From Prochlorococcus sp. AG-679-P15 (lineage in GTDB: Bacteria; Cyanobacteriota; Cyanobacteriia; PCC-6307; Cyanobiaceae), in contig QCUW01000001.1 of NCBI GenBank assembly GCA_003210695.1, positions 1-53,017 on the forward strand: DNA of 53,017 nucleotides, read 5' to 3'. Position 1 is the first letter of the stretch; each line of letters starts with the position of its first letter. A program made the translations under genes and the position numbers. Below, in pieces: positions 43,410 through 53,017 of the stretch. The notes under the pieces are model-generated. The model was not told where the DNA came from, did no database searches, and worked only from the letters and a program-made list of their open reading frames with translations.

Positions 43410-46319
43410 ATGACATCCAAATTTGGGTCCGATTTGTTTATAGATAGGCATCTGGGGTTAGGAGATAATGATGAGAGAAGTATGCTAAATAAGCTTGGTT
43501 TTAATAATATTGATCAATTTATAAACCAAGTTATTCCTGAAGATATTCAGCTTAAAGATAAATCTTCAGAAATATTGCCCCAAGGTTGTTCAGAAATTGA
43601 GGCTTTAAATGAATTGGAAGATATTGCTAAGAAAAATACCAAAATGAGATCACTTATAGGCCTTGGTTATTATGACAATCACATGCCTAAAGTAATCCAA
43701 AGACATGTTCTTGAAAATCCTAGGTGGTACACCTCTTATACTCCATATCAAGCAGAAATTGCACAAGGAAGATTAGAAGCTCTATTTAATTTTCAGACTA
43801 TTGTTTGTGAACTAACAGGATTCCCTGTCGCCAATGCATCTTTATTAGATGAGGGCACTGCTGCTGCAGAAGCTATGGCCATGAGTTTTGCCGCAAGAAA
43901 AAATAAATCTTCAAAAGTTTACTTAGTGGAATCAAATGTTTTTGATCATACATTTAATGTTCTACAAACCAGAGCAAAACCTTTGGGAATATTCTTAAAA
44001 CGCTTTACTCAAAGCAACCTTTCTAATCATGATGATGTTTTTGGAATTTTGTTGCAATTACCTGGTAAAAATGGGCAATTATTTGATCCCACATTCCTAA
44101 TATCCAAAGCACATAGATCAGAAATTATTGTAACGGCATCTATTGATCCACTGGCACAAGTTTTAATTAAACCAATTTCTGAATTTGGTGTTGATGTAGC
44201 AGTGGGTAGTATGCAAAGATTTGGTGTTCCAATGGGTTTTGGTGGCCCCCATGCAGCATATTTTGCCTGTAGCGAAAAATATAAAAGGCTGATACCTGGA
44301 AGAATTGTTGGGCAAACTCTCTCTAAAAATGGAGAAAAGTCACTAAGATTAGCTTTGCAAACAAGAGAGCAACATATTAGAAGGGAAAAGGCCACTAGTA
44401 ATATTTGTACTGCTCAATCTTTGTTAGCCATAATTTCTTCTTTTTATGCTATTTATCATGGACCCTCTGGATTAATGCAAATTGCTAAGAGATTAGTGGA
44501 GTTGAGACTAAATTTAGAATCATGTTTAGCTGATTTAGGTTTTGATATTCCTTATGGGATTAGATTTGATAGTGTTGATGTTTATTCTGAGCACTCCCAG
44601 AGCATCCATAATGAAGCTTTAAAAAATGGGTTTAACTTAAGAATTTTGCCGTTGGGATCAACTATTGAGAATTCAACTGGCTTTGGGATCTCTTTAGATG
44701 AGCTTAGTAATGAAAAAGAAATCAAAGATATTTTGACTTTCATAGCAAACCTTATAGAAAAAAAAGAAGATTTAGAGCATATAAAATTTGATAAAAGATT
44801 TCATCTTGAAGGTTTAGCTTTGAGATCCAGTGAATGGATGCAGCAAGATATATTTAAAAATAACCGAAGTGAAACTGAATTAATGAGATATATATTCCGA
44901 CTTGCTGAAAAGGATTTTTCTCTGGTAGATGGAATGATGCCATTAGGAAGCTGTACCATGAAGTTAAATTCTGCAGCAGAGTTAAATCCAGTCTCTTGGG
45001 TTAATTTATCTTCTATTCATCCTTTTTCTCCACCAGATCAAACTAAGGGCTATTCAAAAATAATATCTGACCTAGAAAACTGGATAAGTGATATTGTTGG
45101 TTTAAAATCAGTTTCTTTTCAACCAAATGCAGGCTCTCAGGGAGAGTTTGCAGGTTTATTGGCAATAAATTCTTATTTTGAATCAAAAGGTGAACTTTCA
45201 AGAAAAAAATGTTTAATTCCTAAAAGTGCTCATGGAACAAATCCTGCTAGTGCAGTTATGGCAGGATTTGATGTTTTAACGGTTGAATGTGATGACGAAG
45301 GAAATATTGATTTTCAAGATTTGTCGATCAAGGTCAAGAAATTTGATAACCAAATAGGAGCACTTATGTTAACTTATCCCTCTACTCATGGAGTTTTTGA
45401 ATTGCAAATCAGAAAGATATGTGACTTAATTCACTCTGTTGGAGGATTTGTCTATTTAGATGGAGCAAATTTGAACGCTCAGGTTGGATTATGCAAACCC
45501 GGTAATTATGGTGTTGATGTTTGTCATTTGAATTTACATAAAACATTCTGCATTCCACATGGAGGTGGTGGTCCAGGAGTAGGACCAGTTGCAGCATCAG
45601 AAACTTTAAGCCCATTTCTTCCTACTCATTCTTTAATGGATAATAATTTATCTAATAGTTCCAATTATGTATCTTCTGCCAAACATGGGAGTGCAAGTAT
45701 TCTCCCAATAAGTTGGATGTACATAAAAATGGCTGGTCTTAATGGTTTAAGGAAAGCAACTGCGCATGCAATTCTATCTGCAAATTATATTGCACATTCT
45801 TTAAAGCATAAATTCAAGATTCTTTATAAAGGAAGAAATGATTTTGTCGCACATGAATGTATTTTAGATTTTAGAGATTTAAAATCCAAAACTGGTTTGA
45901 GTGTAAATGATTTAGCTAAACGATTAATAGATTATAGTTTTCATGCCCCAACCATAAGTTGGCCTGTGCCAGAGACCATAATGATAGAGCCTACTGAAAG
46001 TGAAAGTTTGGCTGAATTGGATAGATTTTGTGAGGCTATGCTATTAATTGGAGAAGAAATCAGCGAAATAGAAAATAAAATTGAATTACATAATAATAAT
46101 GTAATAAGCAATGCTCCCCATACGCTGAAAGAGTTAATTGCTGATAATTGGAATTATCCTTATTCAAAAGAAAAAGCTTCTTTTCCTTATAAAACTCCAA
46201 CAGCTATTAAGTTTTGGTCTTCAGTTTCTAGAATTAATAATGCATATGGCGATCGTAATTTAATTTGTTCTTGCAATATAAATCAAAGTGAGACTTTAGA
46301 AGAAAAAAAATGTGCTTAA
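43410..46319 (+). CDS. gcvP: Glycine dehydrogenase (decarboxylating)
   Basis: YTPYQAEIAQGRLE, REKATSNICTAQ, PLGSCTMK, HLNLHKTFCIPHGGGGPG. Confidence 0.98.
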   Translation: MTSKFGSDLFIDRHLGLGDNDERSMLNKLGFNNIDQFINQVIPEDIQLKDKSSEILPQGCSEIEALNELEDIAKKNTKMRSLIGLGYYDNHMPKVIQRHVLENPRWYTSYTPYQAEIAQGRLEALFNFQTIVCELTGFPVANASLLDEGTAAAEAMAMSFAARKNKSSKVYLVESNVFDHTFNVLQTRAKPLGIFLKRFTQSNLSNHDDVFGILLQLPGKNGQLFDPTFLISKAHRSEIIVTASIDPLAQVLIKPISEFGVDVAVGSMQRFGVPMGFGGPHAAYFACSEKYKRLIPGRIVGQTLSKNGEKSLRLALQTREQHIRREKATSNICTAQSLLAIISSFYAIYHGPSGLMQIAKRLVELRLNLESCLADLGFDIPYGIRFDSVDVYSEHSQSIHNEALKNGFNLRILPLGSTIENSTGFGISLDELSNEKEIKDILTFIANLIEKKEDLEHIKFDKRFHLEGLALRSSEWMQQDIFKNNRSETELMRYIFRLAEKDFSLVDGMMPLGSCTMKLNSAAELNPVSWVNLSSIHPFSPPDQTKGYSKIISDLENWISDIVGLKSVSFQPNAGSQGEFAGLLAINSYFESKGELSRKKCLIPKSAHGTNPASAVMAGFDVLTVECDDEGNIDFQDLSIKVKKFDNQIGALMLTYPSTHGVFELQIRKICDLIHSVGGFVYLDGANLNAQVGLCKPGNYGVDVCHLNLHKTFCIPHGGGGPGVGPVAASETLSPFLPTHSLMDNNLSNSSNYVSSAKHGSASILPISWMYIKMAGLNGLRKATAHAILSANYIAHSLKHKFKILYKGRNDFVAHECILDFRDLKSKTGLSVNDLAKRLIDYSFHAPTISWPVPETIMIEPTESESLAELDRFCEAMLLIGEEISEIENKIELHNNNVISNAPHTLKELIADNWNYPYSKEKASFPYKTPTAIKFWSSVSRINNAYGDRNLICSCNINQSETLEEKKCA

Positions 46320-46334
46320 AGGACTAGCGTCCTT
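46319..46334 (+). terminator. Short hairpin right after the gcvP stop
   Basis: AAGGAC-TAGC-GTCCTT perfect 6-bp stem; weak U tract (GTATTT). Confidence 0.3.
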
Positions 46335-46448
46335 GTATTTACTTAGTTATTATCAATGTGTATAAAAATTTAATATTTTCTTATAGAATTTTTTTAAATT
46401 TTTTTATTAAAATAATCGAGCATCAAATTTTTTGGGGTATTTGAAGCT

Positions 46449-46697
46449 ATGACCAAAGATATTAAATCTGGTAATGTTACGCACCTGCCAGTTAAAAACG
46501 TCGACTTACCAAATTTTGTCAATAATACTTCAGGAGATAACTCAAATATTCGTTCCATTGAGGGAACTAATGTTATAAGAGTACCTTTTGGTAAAAAATT
46601 CTCAAAGAAAAAAAGGCCTGAAAAGAATCAAAATATCGCTACTCTAATCCTTCCTTTAACTTCTTATAGTAATCCTACCCCTCCACACGTAGCATAA
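46449..46697 (+). CDS. Small hypothetical protein (82 aa)
   Basis: ATG ORF filling the gap between gcvP and sqdX; EGTNVIRVPFG core and Pro-rich end. Confidence 0.7.
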   Translation: MTKDIKSGNVTHLPVKNVDLPNFVNNTSGDNSNIRSIEGTNVIRVPFGKKFSKKKRPEKNQNIATLILPLTSYSNPTPPHVA

Positions 46698-46710
46698 TTT
46701 TATATCAAGC

Positions 46711-47844
46711 TTATTCTATTTCTTTAAGAGTATCTGAATAATAGTTTTGCAGTTGTAATGTTGCTTGATTCCAATCCCATTTTTCTGCTTCGTTTCGTGC
46801 TTCTTTCCTCATAACTTCTCTTTTATCTTCATTCTCAAGAATTTTTTTTGTCGCTTCAATCAAACTTTGTACACCATTATCTTTTTTTTCAGGATCATAT
46901 AAACAACCATTAATCCCATCGCTTATTATATCTGGAATGCCCCCCTTGTTGGCTCCTATAACTGGACATCCTGCCGCCATTGCTTCTAGTAAAACTAACC
47001 CAAGTGTTTCTGTACTAGAGGGAAATAAAAATATATCTCCAGAGGCATAGGCGCTAGCAAGTTCATCGCCAGATAAATATCCTATGAAATTAGTCTTGGT
47101 ATTTTCGAAGATTTTTTCAAGCTGGTTTCTATATGGTCCGTCACCTACAAGTGCTAGGCAAGCATTAGGGATACTTTCTAAGACTGGTTTAATTCTCTCA
47201 ATTTGTTTTTCTGCTGATAATCTTCCTACATAAATCAATAAATAATTAGCGTCTTTATATTTTCCAAATAATTTTTCTCTCATTTTTTCACTTCTCAAAT
47301 CTGGTCTGAAACTGTAAGTATCTACACCTCTTTGCCAAAGAGCAGTCCTTTGAATACCTTTATCCTTTAATTCATTGACCATAGCGGTAGAAGTACATAA
47401 ATTTAACAAGGCTTGATTATGAGCTGCTTTAAGTAATTCCCACAAAAGTGGCTCTAACATTCCCATACCGTAATGTTCCAGATATTTCGGAAGATGAGTA
47501 TGGTAGCTAGCAATTAAAGGAATATTATTAGTTTTCGCCAACCATATGCCACCTAAGCCAAGTACCGCTGGATTAACTACATGTATCAAATCTGGGTTAA
47601 ATTTTTCTAACTTATCTGAAACTGCAGGACCTGGTAAACCAAGTTTCAACTCTGGGTATAAGGGTAATGGCATTGCAGCAACTCCAATTACGGTTGCTCC
47701 CATATATGATTCTGGACACCCCTCTGGACAAAAAATTATTACTTCATCACCATTTTTTATTAAAAATTCAATCGTTTTAGTCAGTCTTGTGACTATGCCA
47801 TCGACTTTAGGTAAAAAAGTTTCGGTAAACAATGCAATTTTCAC
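46711..47844 (-). CDS. sqdX: Sulfoquinovosyldiacylglycerol synthase (GT4)
   Basis: FTETFLPKVDGIV, SYHTH, VGRLSAEK, ETLGLVLLEAMA; follows sqdB. Confidence 0.93.
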   Translation of the reverse strand: MKIALFTETFLPKVDGIVTRLTKTIEFLIKNGDEVIIFCPEGCPESYMGATVIGVAAMPLPLYPELKLGLPGPAVSDKLEKFNPDLIHVVNPAVLGLGGIWLAKTNNIPLIASYHTHLPKYLEHYGMGMLEPLLWELLKAAHNQALLNLCTSTAMVNELKDKGIQRTALWQRGVDTYSFRPDLRSEKMREKLFGKYKDANYLLIYVGRLSAEKQIERIKPVLESIPNACLALVGDGPYRNQLEKIFENTKTNFIGYLSGDELASAYASGDIFLFPSSTETLGLVLLEAMAAGCPVIGANKGGIPDIISDGINGCLYDPEKKDNGVQSLIEATKKILENEDKREVMRKEARNEAEKWDWNQATLQLQNYYSDTLKEIE

Positions 47845-47871
47845 TTTCTTGAGGTAATTATTTCAGAAATT

Positions 47872-49065
47872 TTAATTAGTCTTTATAGCCTCAGCTTGTT
47901 TTTTAGTCCAAGATGAAACACAAGGTATGCGTTTAAGATCACATCTATTGGAGTATTTTTTAGCTACTTCAACGACTTCTTCTAATAAGCCATTATCAAG
48001 AGTGGTCGGATTAAGGCCCAATTCTATAAAACATTTATTATCCACTATTAAATCATTCTCGACAGCTTCATTTCTAGGATTTGGTAAATAATTAATTTCC
48101 GCTCCTGTAAGAGAAGCAACTTTTTTTGCTAATTCGCCAACTTGATGACTTTCTGTCATTTGATTAAAGATTTTGACTCTTTCGCCAGATTGGGGAGGAT
48201 TTTCCAGGGCTAGTTGAACACATTTAACTGAATCTTTTATGTGTATAAAAGCTCTAGTTTGTCCTCCTGTCCCATGAACAGTAAGTGGATATCCAATTGC
48301 TGCTTGCATGAGAAATCTATTTAGAACAGTACCGTAATCACCGTCGTAATCAAATCTATTTGTTAATCTAGGGTCTCTTAGTGTCGTCTCTGTATTCGTG
48401 CCCCATACAATGCCTTGATGTAAATCTGTAATCCTAACTAAATCATTTTTATTGTAATAAAGAAATAATAATTGATCTAATGTTTTCGTCATATGATAAA
48501 CACTCCCTGGACTAGCGGGATGAAGTATTTCTTCTTCAAAACGACTTCCATCTGGTTGAGGAACTTCAACTTTTAAATATCCTTCAGGAATTGTTGCACC
48601 TCTATGTGATCCATATCCATAAACACCCATGGTTCCTAAATGAACAATGTGAATATCTAAATTACTTTCTACAATTGCAGCAAGCAAATTGTGAGTGCCA
48701 TTTACATTATTATCAACGGTATATCTTTTAGTATAACTTGATTTCATCGAGTAAGGCGCAGCCCTTTGTTCTGCAAAATGGACAATCGAATCAGGTTTCT
48801 CCTCAATAAGTAAATTTAGTAATTTTTGGTATTGTTTTGATAGATCAATATTGATAAATTTTATAGGTTTTCCTCCAGTCTCTTTCCACGCAGAAAGTCT
48901 TTCATTTATTGAAGAAATTGGGGTTAAAGATTCTACTTCAAGATCAATATCTATTTTTCTGCGACTTAGATTGTCAACTATGATTACTTCATGATTTTGT
49001 TCAGCTAAATTAACCGCACAAGGCCAACCGCAAAAACCATCTCCACCAAGAACAATTACTTTCAC
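47872..49065 (-). CDS. sqdB: UDP-sulfoquinovose synthase
   Basis: GGDGFCGW, EQRAAPYSM, LGTMGVYG, YHMTK, RFDYDG. Confidence 0.96.
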   Translation of the reverse strand: MKVIVLGGDGFCGWPCAVNLAEQNHEVIIVDNLSRRKIDIDLEVESLTPISSINERLSAWKETGGKPIKFINIDLSKQYQKLLNLLIEEKPDSIVHFAEQRAAPYSMKSSYTKRYTVDNNVNGTHNLLAAIVESNLDIHIVHLGTMGVYGYGSHRGATIPEGYLKVEVPQPDGSRFEEEILHPASPGSVYHMTKTLDQLLFLYYNKNDLVRITDLHQGIVWGTNTETTLRDPRLTNRFDYDGDYGTVLNRFLMQAAIGYPLTVHGTGGQTRAFIHIKDSVKCVQLALENPPQSGERVKIFNQMTESHQVGELAKKVASLTGAEINYLPNPRNEAVENDLIVDNKCFIELGLNPTTLDNGLLEEVVEVAKKYSNRCDLKRIPCVSSWTKKQAEAIKTN

Positions 49066-49232
49066 TCAAAACTCCAGAATTGAAAATGTTATTTTATATT
49101 TCTTAAATTACTACAGAGTGCTTCCAAAATGCGAAAAAATATTGTAAAAAGTTTCAAATCTTTTTTTTGAATCAAGAAATTCTTTGCCAAACTACTTTTT
49201 TTAATAATTAATTTTTTTTCAAAGACATAATA

Positions 49233-50030
49233 TTACTTAATTGATATATTTTTATCAGGTGAACTAGCGCTTGCTAACCTCTGCTTTTCGATTCTTCCAG
49301 CTAGAAAAGCTTCTCTTCCAGCTTTCACTCCATAATTCATTGCTGTAGCCATCTTAAATGGATTTTTAGCTAAGGCTATTGCACTATTAATTAATACTCC
49401 ATCTGCACCTAGTTCCATAGCTTGAGAAGCTTCACTGGGAACACCTATACCTGCATCAATGATTACTGGAATATTAGAATTTTCAATAATTATAGAAATA
49501 TTAGATAAATTTAGAAGACCTTGACCTGAGCCTATTGGTGATCCTAATGGCATTACAGTTGAACAACCAATGTCTTCTAACTTTTGAGCTAATACAGGAT
49601 CTGCATTTATATATGGAAGAACAATAAAGTTTTTCTTTATTAAAATTTCAGCTGCTTTAAGAGTTTCAATAGGATCTGGTAATAAATACTTTTTATCAGG
49701 AATAACTTCTAATTTTACAAAATTATTGTCTTCTTGACCTGATAATTTTGCAAGTTCTCTGCCTAAAATTGCTATCCTCACTGCTTCATCTGAATTGGTG
49801 CAACCAGCAGTGTTAGGGAGCATCCAAAATTTTTTCCAGTCAATTTTTTCCAGCAAATTCTCACTTTTTTGATTATTTTGAACTCTTCTTACTGCGACAG
49901 TTACTATTTCAGATTCACTATTTGATAAACTTTCCACCATTACTCCTGGAGACGTATATTTTCCTGTACCTACCATCAATCTACTTGAGAATCTTTTACC
50001 ACCAATTTCTAAGAATGAATCTTCTTTCAT
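49233..50030 (-). CDS. thiG: Thiazole synthase
   Basis: [43 protein letters not shown]. Confidence 0.97.
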   Translation of the reverse strand: MKEDSFLEIGGKRFSSRLMVGTGKYTSPGVMVESLSNSESEIVTVAVRRVQNNQKSENLLEKIDWKKFWMLPNTAGCTNSDEAVRIAILGRELAKLSGQEDNNFVKLEVIPDKKYLLPDPIETLKAAEILIKKNFIVLPYINADPVLAQKLEDIGCSTVMPLGSPIGSGQGLLNLSNISIIIENSNIPVIIDAGIGVPSEASQAMELGADGVLINSAIALAKNPFKMATAMNYGVKAGREAFLAGRIEKQRLASASSPDKNISIK

Positions 50031-50588
50031 TTAAAATCCTTTGTCTTTTACTCCTTTAAAAGGCGAGTAATTATTTCTTTTTTCAAGCTCTTTACTCTTT
50101 TTGACTGCTGTTTTATTATTCGGATCTATCTCCAAAACTTTTTTATAAGTTGCATACGCCAATTCATATTCCAGCAATCGTTGTTGTGCAGATCCAAGAT
50201 TATTTAAAGCAACTGTATATTCAGGTAGTGATTTTATTGCTGAGTTATAGTGCTTAATTGCTTTTTTAAATTCATTTTGCGCAGCATAAGAAAACCCGAG
50301 AGCATTTTCGATGATAGCTTTTGCTTCATTAGGTTCATTTTCATAATATTCAACGGCTTTTAAAAAGGTAATAGTGGCTTCTTTATACAATCTTTTTTTT
50401 ATTTGTATAGAGCCAAATTCATATAATTCAGATGCTTTTGTAAGTGAATCTATGCCTTTTTGTTCAAATTTTACTAAATTCAACTCTTCCTTTCTTGTTC
50501 TAAGAAATTGTCGAAACACAAAAACAGAAATTATTATAAGTACTACAAAAAGGATTATCAAATAGGATTGAAAGGAAGATATTTCCAT
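50031..50588 (-). CDS. ycf37: TPR protein, Ycf37/Pyg7-like (photosystem I related)
   Basis: N-terminal TM helix, TPR motifs (YEFGS, NALGF, ALNNLG, EIDPNN); position after rplT. Confidence 0.8.
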   Translation of the reverse strand: MEISSFQSYLIILFVVLIIISVFVFRQFLRTRKEELNLVKFEQKGIDSLTKASELYEFGSIQIKKRLYKEATITFLKAVEYYENEPNEAKAIIENALGFSYAAQNEFKKAIKHYNSAIKSLPEYTVALNNLGSAQQRLLEYELAYATYKKVLEIDPNNKTAVKKSKELEKRNNYSPFKGVKDKGF

Positions 50589-50623
50589 TACTTACAATTT
50601 TTTTAAAATTATATTTTTATAAA

Positions 50624-50971
50624 TTATTTGTTAACAGTAGATACTATTTTTTCAAAACATTTTGGATCGTTTAAAGCTAATTGTGCCAGCATTTTTCTAT
50701 TAATAATTATCTCAGAAGACTTCATACCATTAATTAATTTGCTGTAATTCGTTCCATTGATTCTCGCTGAAGCATTTATTCTTGATATCCAAAGTCTTCT
50801 GAAATCCCTTTTTCTTCTTCTTCTATCTCTATAGGCATTACAAAGAGCTTTCATTACTCTCTGATTAGCGGTTCTAAAAAGATTCTTGTTGCCTCCTCTA
50901 AAACCTTTTGCGAGGTTTAAGATTTTGTTTCTTCTTTTTCTGGCTATGTTGCCTCTTTTAACGCGTGCCAT
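50624..50971 (-). CDS. rplT: 50S ribosomal protein L20
   Basis: [27 protein letters not shown]. Confidence 0.99.
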   Translation of the reverse strand: MARVKRGNIARKRRNKILNLAKGFRGGNKNLFRTANQRVMKALCNAYRDRRRRKRDFRRLWISRINASARINGTNYSKLINGMKSSEIIINRKMLAQLALNDPKCFEKIVSTVNK

Positions 50972-51001
50972 AAATTTATTTTTAAAGTAACTTGAATGCT
51001 T

Positions 51002-51199
51002 TTAAGCGTATGGAATCATTAATTTTACATTATCAGCATCTTTTTCATCAACAACAGCTTTGGTAGAAAGATGTCTCTTCAATTTTGGGCTTTTGTGATC
51101 CAATAAATGATTATGGAAAGCTCTTCTTCTCATGAATTTACCCGTAGCAGTAGCTTTAAATCTTTTTGCTGCTGATTTACGAGTCTTAAGTTTAGACAT
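51002..51199 (-). CDS. rpmI: 50S ribosomal protein L35
   Basis: [18 protein letters not shown]. Confidence 0.99.
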   Translation of the reverse strand: MSKLKTRKSAAKRFKATATGKFMRRRAFHNHLLDHKSPKLKRHLSTKAVVDEKDADNVKLMIPYA

Positions 51200-51290
51200 T
51201 TCCTTTGATAATGTTTAATCTAAATAATCTAAACCTTTATATGCATTGGTGCAAATTAAAGTTTTGAATTGATAAAGGAATTACTAACTT

Positions 51291-52826
51291 ATGCAGCGCA
51301 AATTCAAGTTTATAAATCTTCTTTATGGATGTTGGTTATTTTGTTCGCTTTCACCAATATTGATATCAAGTGGATATGCAGAAGAAGCTGTAAGAATAAA
51401 TCTTACTCAAGAATTAAAAAAAGGTAATTTTTTAATTGGATTAAAACAATATTTAGGTGCTAAAAATGACAGTTTTTCAGGTGAAGGAAAAATTACTTTT
51501 ACAACAAAAGATAATTTTTTAAAACTGCATTCTTTTAATGGTTTGAAACATGAATCTAAAAAAATGAATATTGTTTTTAAGAAAATAACCTTGAAAACTC
51601 CTTTTACTATTGAAAGGCTTGTATTGGGTCCATTTGCAAGTTACGAATCTGCAAAAAAGCAAGCTGAAAATTTAAAAGATAAGGGTTATGAAGCTTTGGT
51701 TGCCTTTCCTAAAAATTGGGAAGTTTGGATCCCAGTAAATGAGAAACTTCCAAAAAAGTTCAAATATAAAGTTTTAAAAAAAACCTATAAAGCAAAAATC
51801 ATCCCTTTTCTTGTCAGTGAATATTCGCAACAAAAATTAAAAGGTCCGATATATATTTCTTCATCTGAAGAGATCAGCATTAATGGCATAAGTTCTGGCA
51901 AAAAGTTTTATTTAGCCAAAGATGCATATGGAACTTGGACTTTGATTCAGAAAATTAAATTTGATGATTACTTAAAAGGTGTTTTGCCATACGAAATAGG
52001 ATCTAATGCACCTTTAGAGGCATTGAAAGCACAAGCACTTATTGCTAGAACCTGGGCACTTTATAATTCTGAAAGATTTAATATCGATCAATATCATTTA
52101 TGTATAAGTACTCAATGCCAAGTTTATAAACCTCCTAAAGTTGAATATAAAAACGTGCACAAAGCGATAAAAGATACTTCAAATTTAATAATTACTTATA
52201 AAAATAAACCAATTAATTCTTTTTATCACGGCTCTAATGGCGGAATATCGGCCAGTGCAAGTGAATCCTGGCAAATAAAAGATAATATTTATCTAAATCC
52301 AAAGATTGATGGTTTAGATTCTTTACAAAAATCTTTTAAGCTTCCAATCAAAAATGGGGTTGAACTAAATAAATTCCTTGAGTCTGCAGATGACAGGGTT
52401 TACGGTAATATGCATTCTCTTTTTCGTTGGGAGAAAAAAATCCCTAGTGAGAAAATCCAAAATTATCTATTAAAAAATAATTTAATTAGTGAGAAATCAG
52501 GTTTGGTTGATTTAAACATTATTGATCGAGGTTTTAGTGGAAGAGTAATGAAATTAGAAATTAAGTTGAAAAATTCTAAAAAACCAATAGTTCTTGTAAA
52601 AGATGATATTCGACGAATATTGAGTTTTTTGCCTAGTAATTTATTTATTATTAATAAATTAAATGATAATCTTTGGCTTTTTAAAGGAGGGGGCTTCGGC
52701 CATGGTGTAGGTTTATCTCAATCAGGAGCAATTGAAATGGCTGAATTAGGTTTTACTTATGAACAAATATTGAATCATTATTATCAGGGCACAAAAATTA
52801 AAAAATTTGAGATATTGTCTCAATAA
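51291..52826 (+). CDS. SpoIID/LytB domain protein (lytic transglycosylase / amidase enhancer)
   Basis: Signal-peptide-like N-terminus, YLKGVLPYE, EALKAQALIART, CQVY, GFGHGVGLSQ.GA, ILNHYY. Confidence 0.92.
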   Translation: MQRKFKFINLLYGCWLFCSLSPILISSGYAEEAVRINLTQELKKGNFLIGLKQYLGAKNDSFSGEGKITFTTKDNFLKLHSFNGLKHESKKMNIVFKKITLKTPFTIERLVLGPFASYESAKKQAENLKDKGYEALVAFPKNWEVWIPVNEKLPKKFKYKVLKKTYKAKIIPFLVSEYSQQKLKGPIYISSSEEISINGISSGKKFYLAKDAYGTWTLIQKIKFDDYLKGVLPYEIGSNAPLEALKAQALIARTWALYNSERFNIDQYHLCISTQCQVYKPPKVEYKNVHKAIKDTSNLIITYKNKPINSFYHGSNGGISASASESWQIKDNIYLNPKIDGLDSLQKSFKLPIKNGVELNKFLESADDRVYGNMHSLFRWEKKIPSEKIQNYLLKNNLISEKSGLVDLNIIDRGFSGRVMKLEIKLKNSKKPIVLVKDDIRRILSFLPSNLFIINKLNDNLWLFKGGGFGHGVGLSQSGAIEMAELGFTYEQILNHYYQGTKIKKFEILSQ

Positions 52827-52853
52827 TTAAATAAAAATTACAAGTTTGCATTT

Positions 52854-53017
52854 ATGAGTAACGATTTTTATAAAAATCGAAGATTAAAATCATTGTTATT
52901 TTTTGCTGGTTGTCTCTTGGTTAGTGCTATTCCACATATATTTCATTTCAAAAATTTTTTCAATATCACATTAGTAATTTCCTTTTTAATTGCTTGTTAT
53001 GGATTAAATGTGATTTC
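52854..53017 (+). CDS. 5' fragment of a membrane protein, possibly a family 2 glycosyltransferase; runs off the window
   Basis: Open frame MSNDFYKNRRLKSLLFFAGCLLVSAIPH... with two hydrophobic segments. Product is inferred only from recalled synteny. Confidence 0.5.
   Translation, partial: MSNDFYKNRRLKSLLFFAGCLLVSAIPHIFHFKNFFNITLVISFLIACYGLNVI

Noticed and set aside
49089-49232. Stop-free frame (...LIIKKSSLAKNFLIQKKDLKLF...) between thiG and sqdB
   Set aside because: The nearby ATG at 49228 is out of frame and stops after 6 codons. The sequence is low-complexity A/T and probably holds the sqdB promoter; a degenerate small gene cannot be excluded.

Overview
AT-rich core-chromosome segment of a marine picocyanobacterium. 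Protein sequences, compact intergenic spaces and gene order point to high-light Prochlorococcus (recognised from memory, not by database search). About 50 tightly packed genes: argG (partial), rpsF, aroE, dnaK2, purU, ClC antiporter, acnB, DAHP synthase, group 2 sigma factor, ppk1, cobA, pyrG-queE-queC-pabB-pabC, aspS, gcvT, speB/speE, mazG, tRNA-Val(TAC), valS, an ATP-dependent DNA ligase, SprT, chorismate lyase, mnmG, dnaB, rplI, desaturase, gcvH/P, sqdX/B, thiG, ycf37, rplT/rpmI, SpoIID-like protein and a partial gene at the right edge. I saw no integrase, transposase, prophage, CRISPR array or long repeat, and I cannot support a claim of a new multi-gene system. The best leads are: a one-base frameshift in a G9 run that splits the DAHP synthase gene; a T4-like ATP-dependent ligase clustered with SprT and uncharacterised genes; an apparently divergent DnaB; a structured rpsF leader; a probable CTG start in frame with mnmG; an HTH-like gene divergent from the desaturase; and possible HLI/HLII mosaicism.
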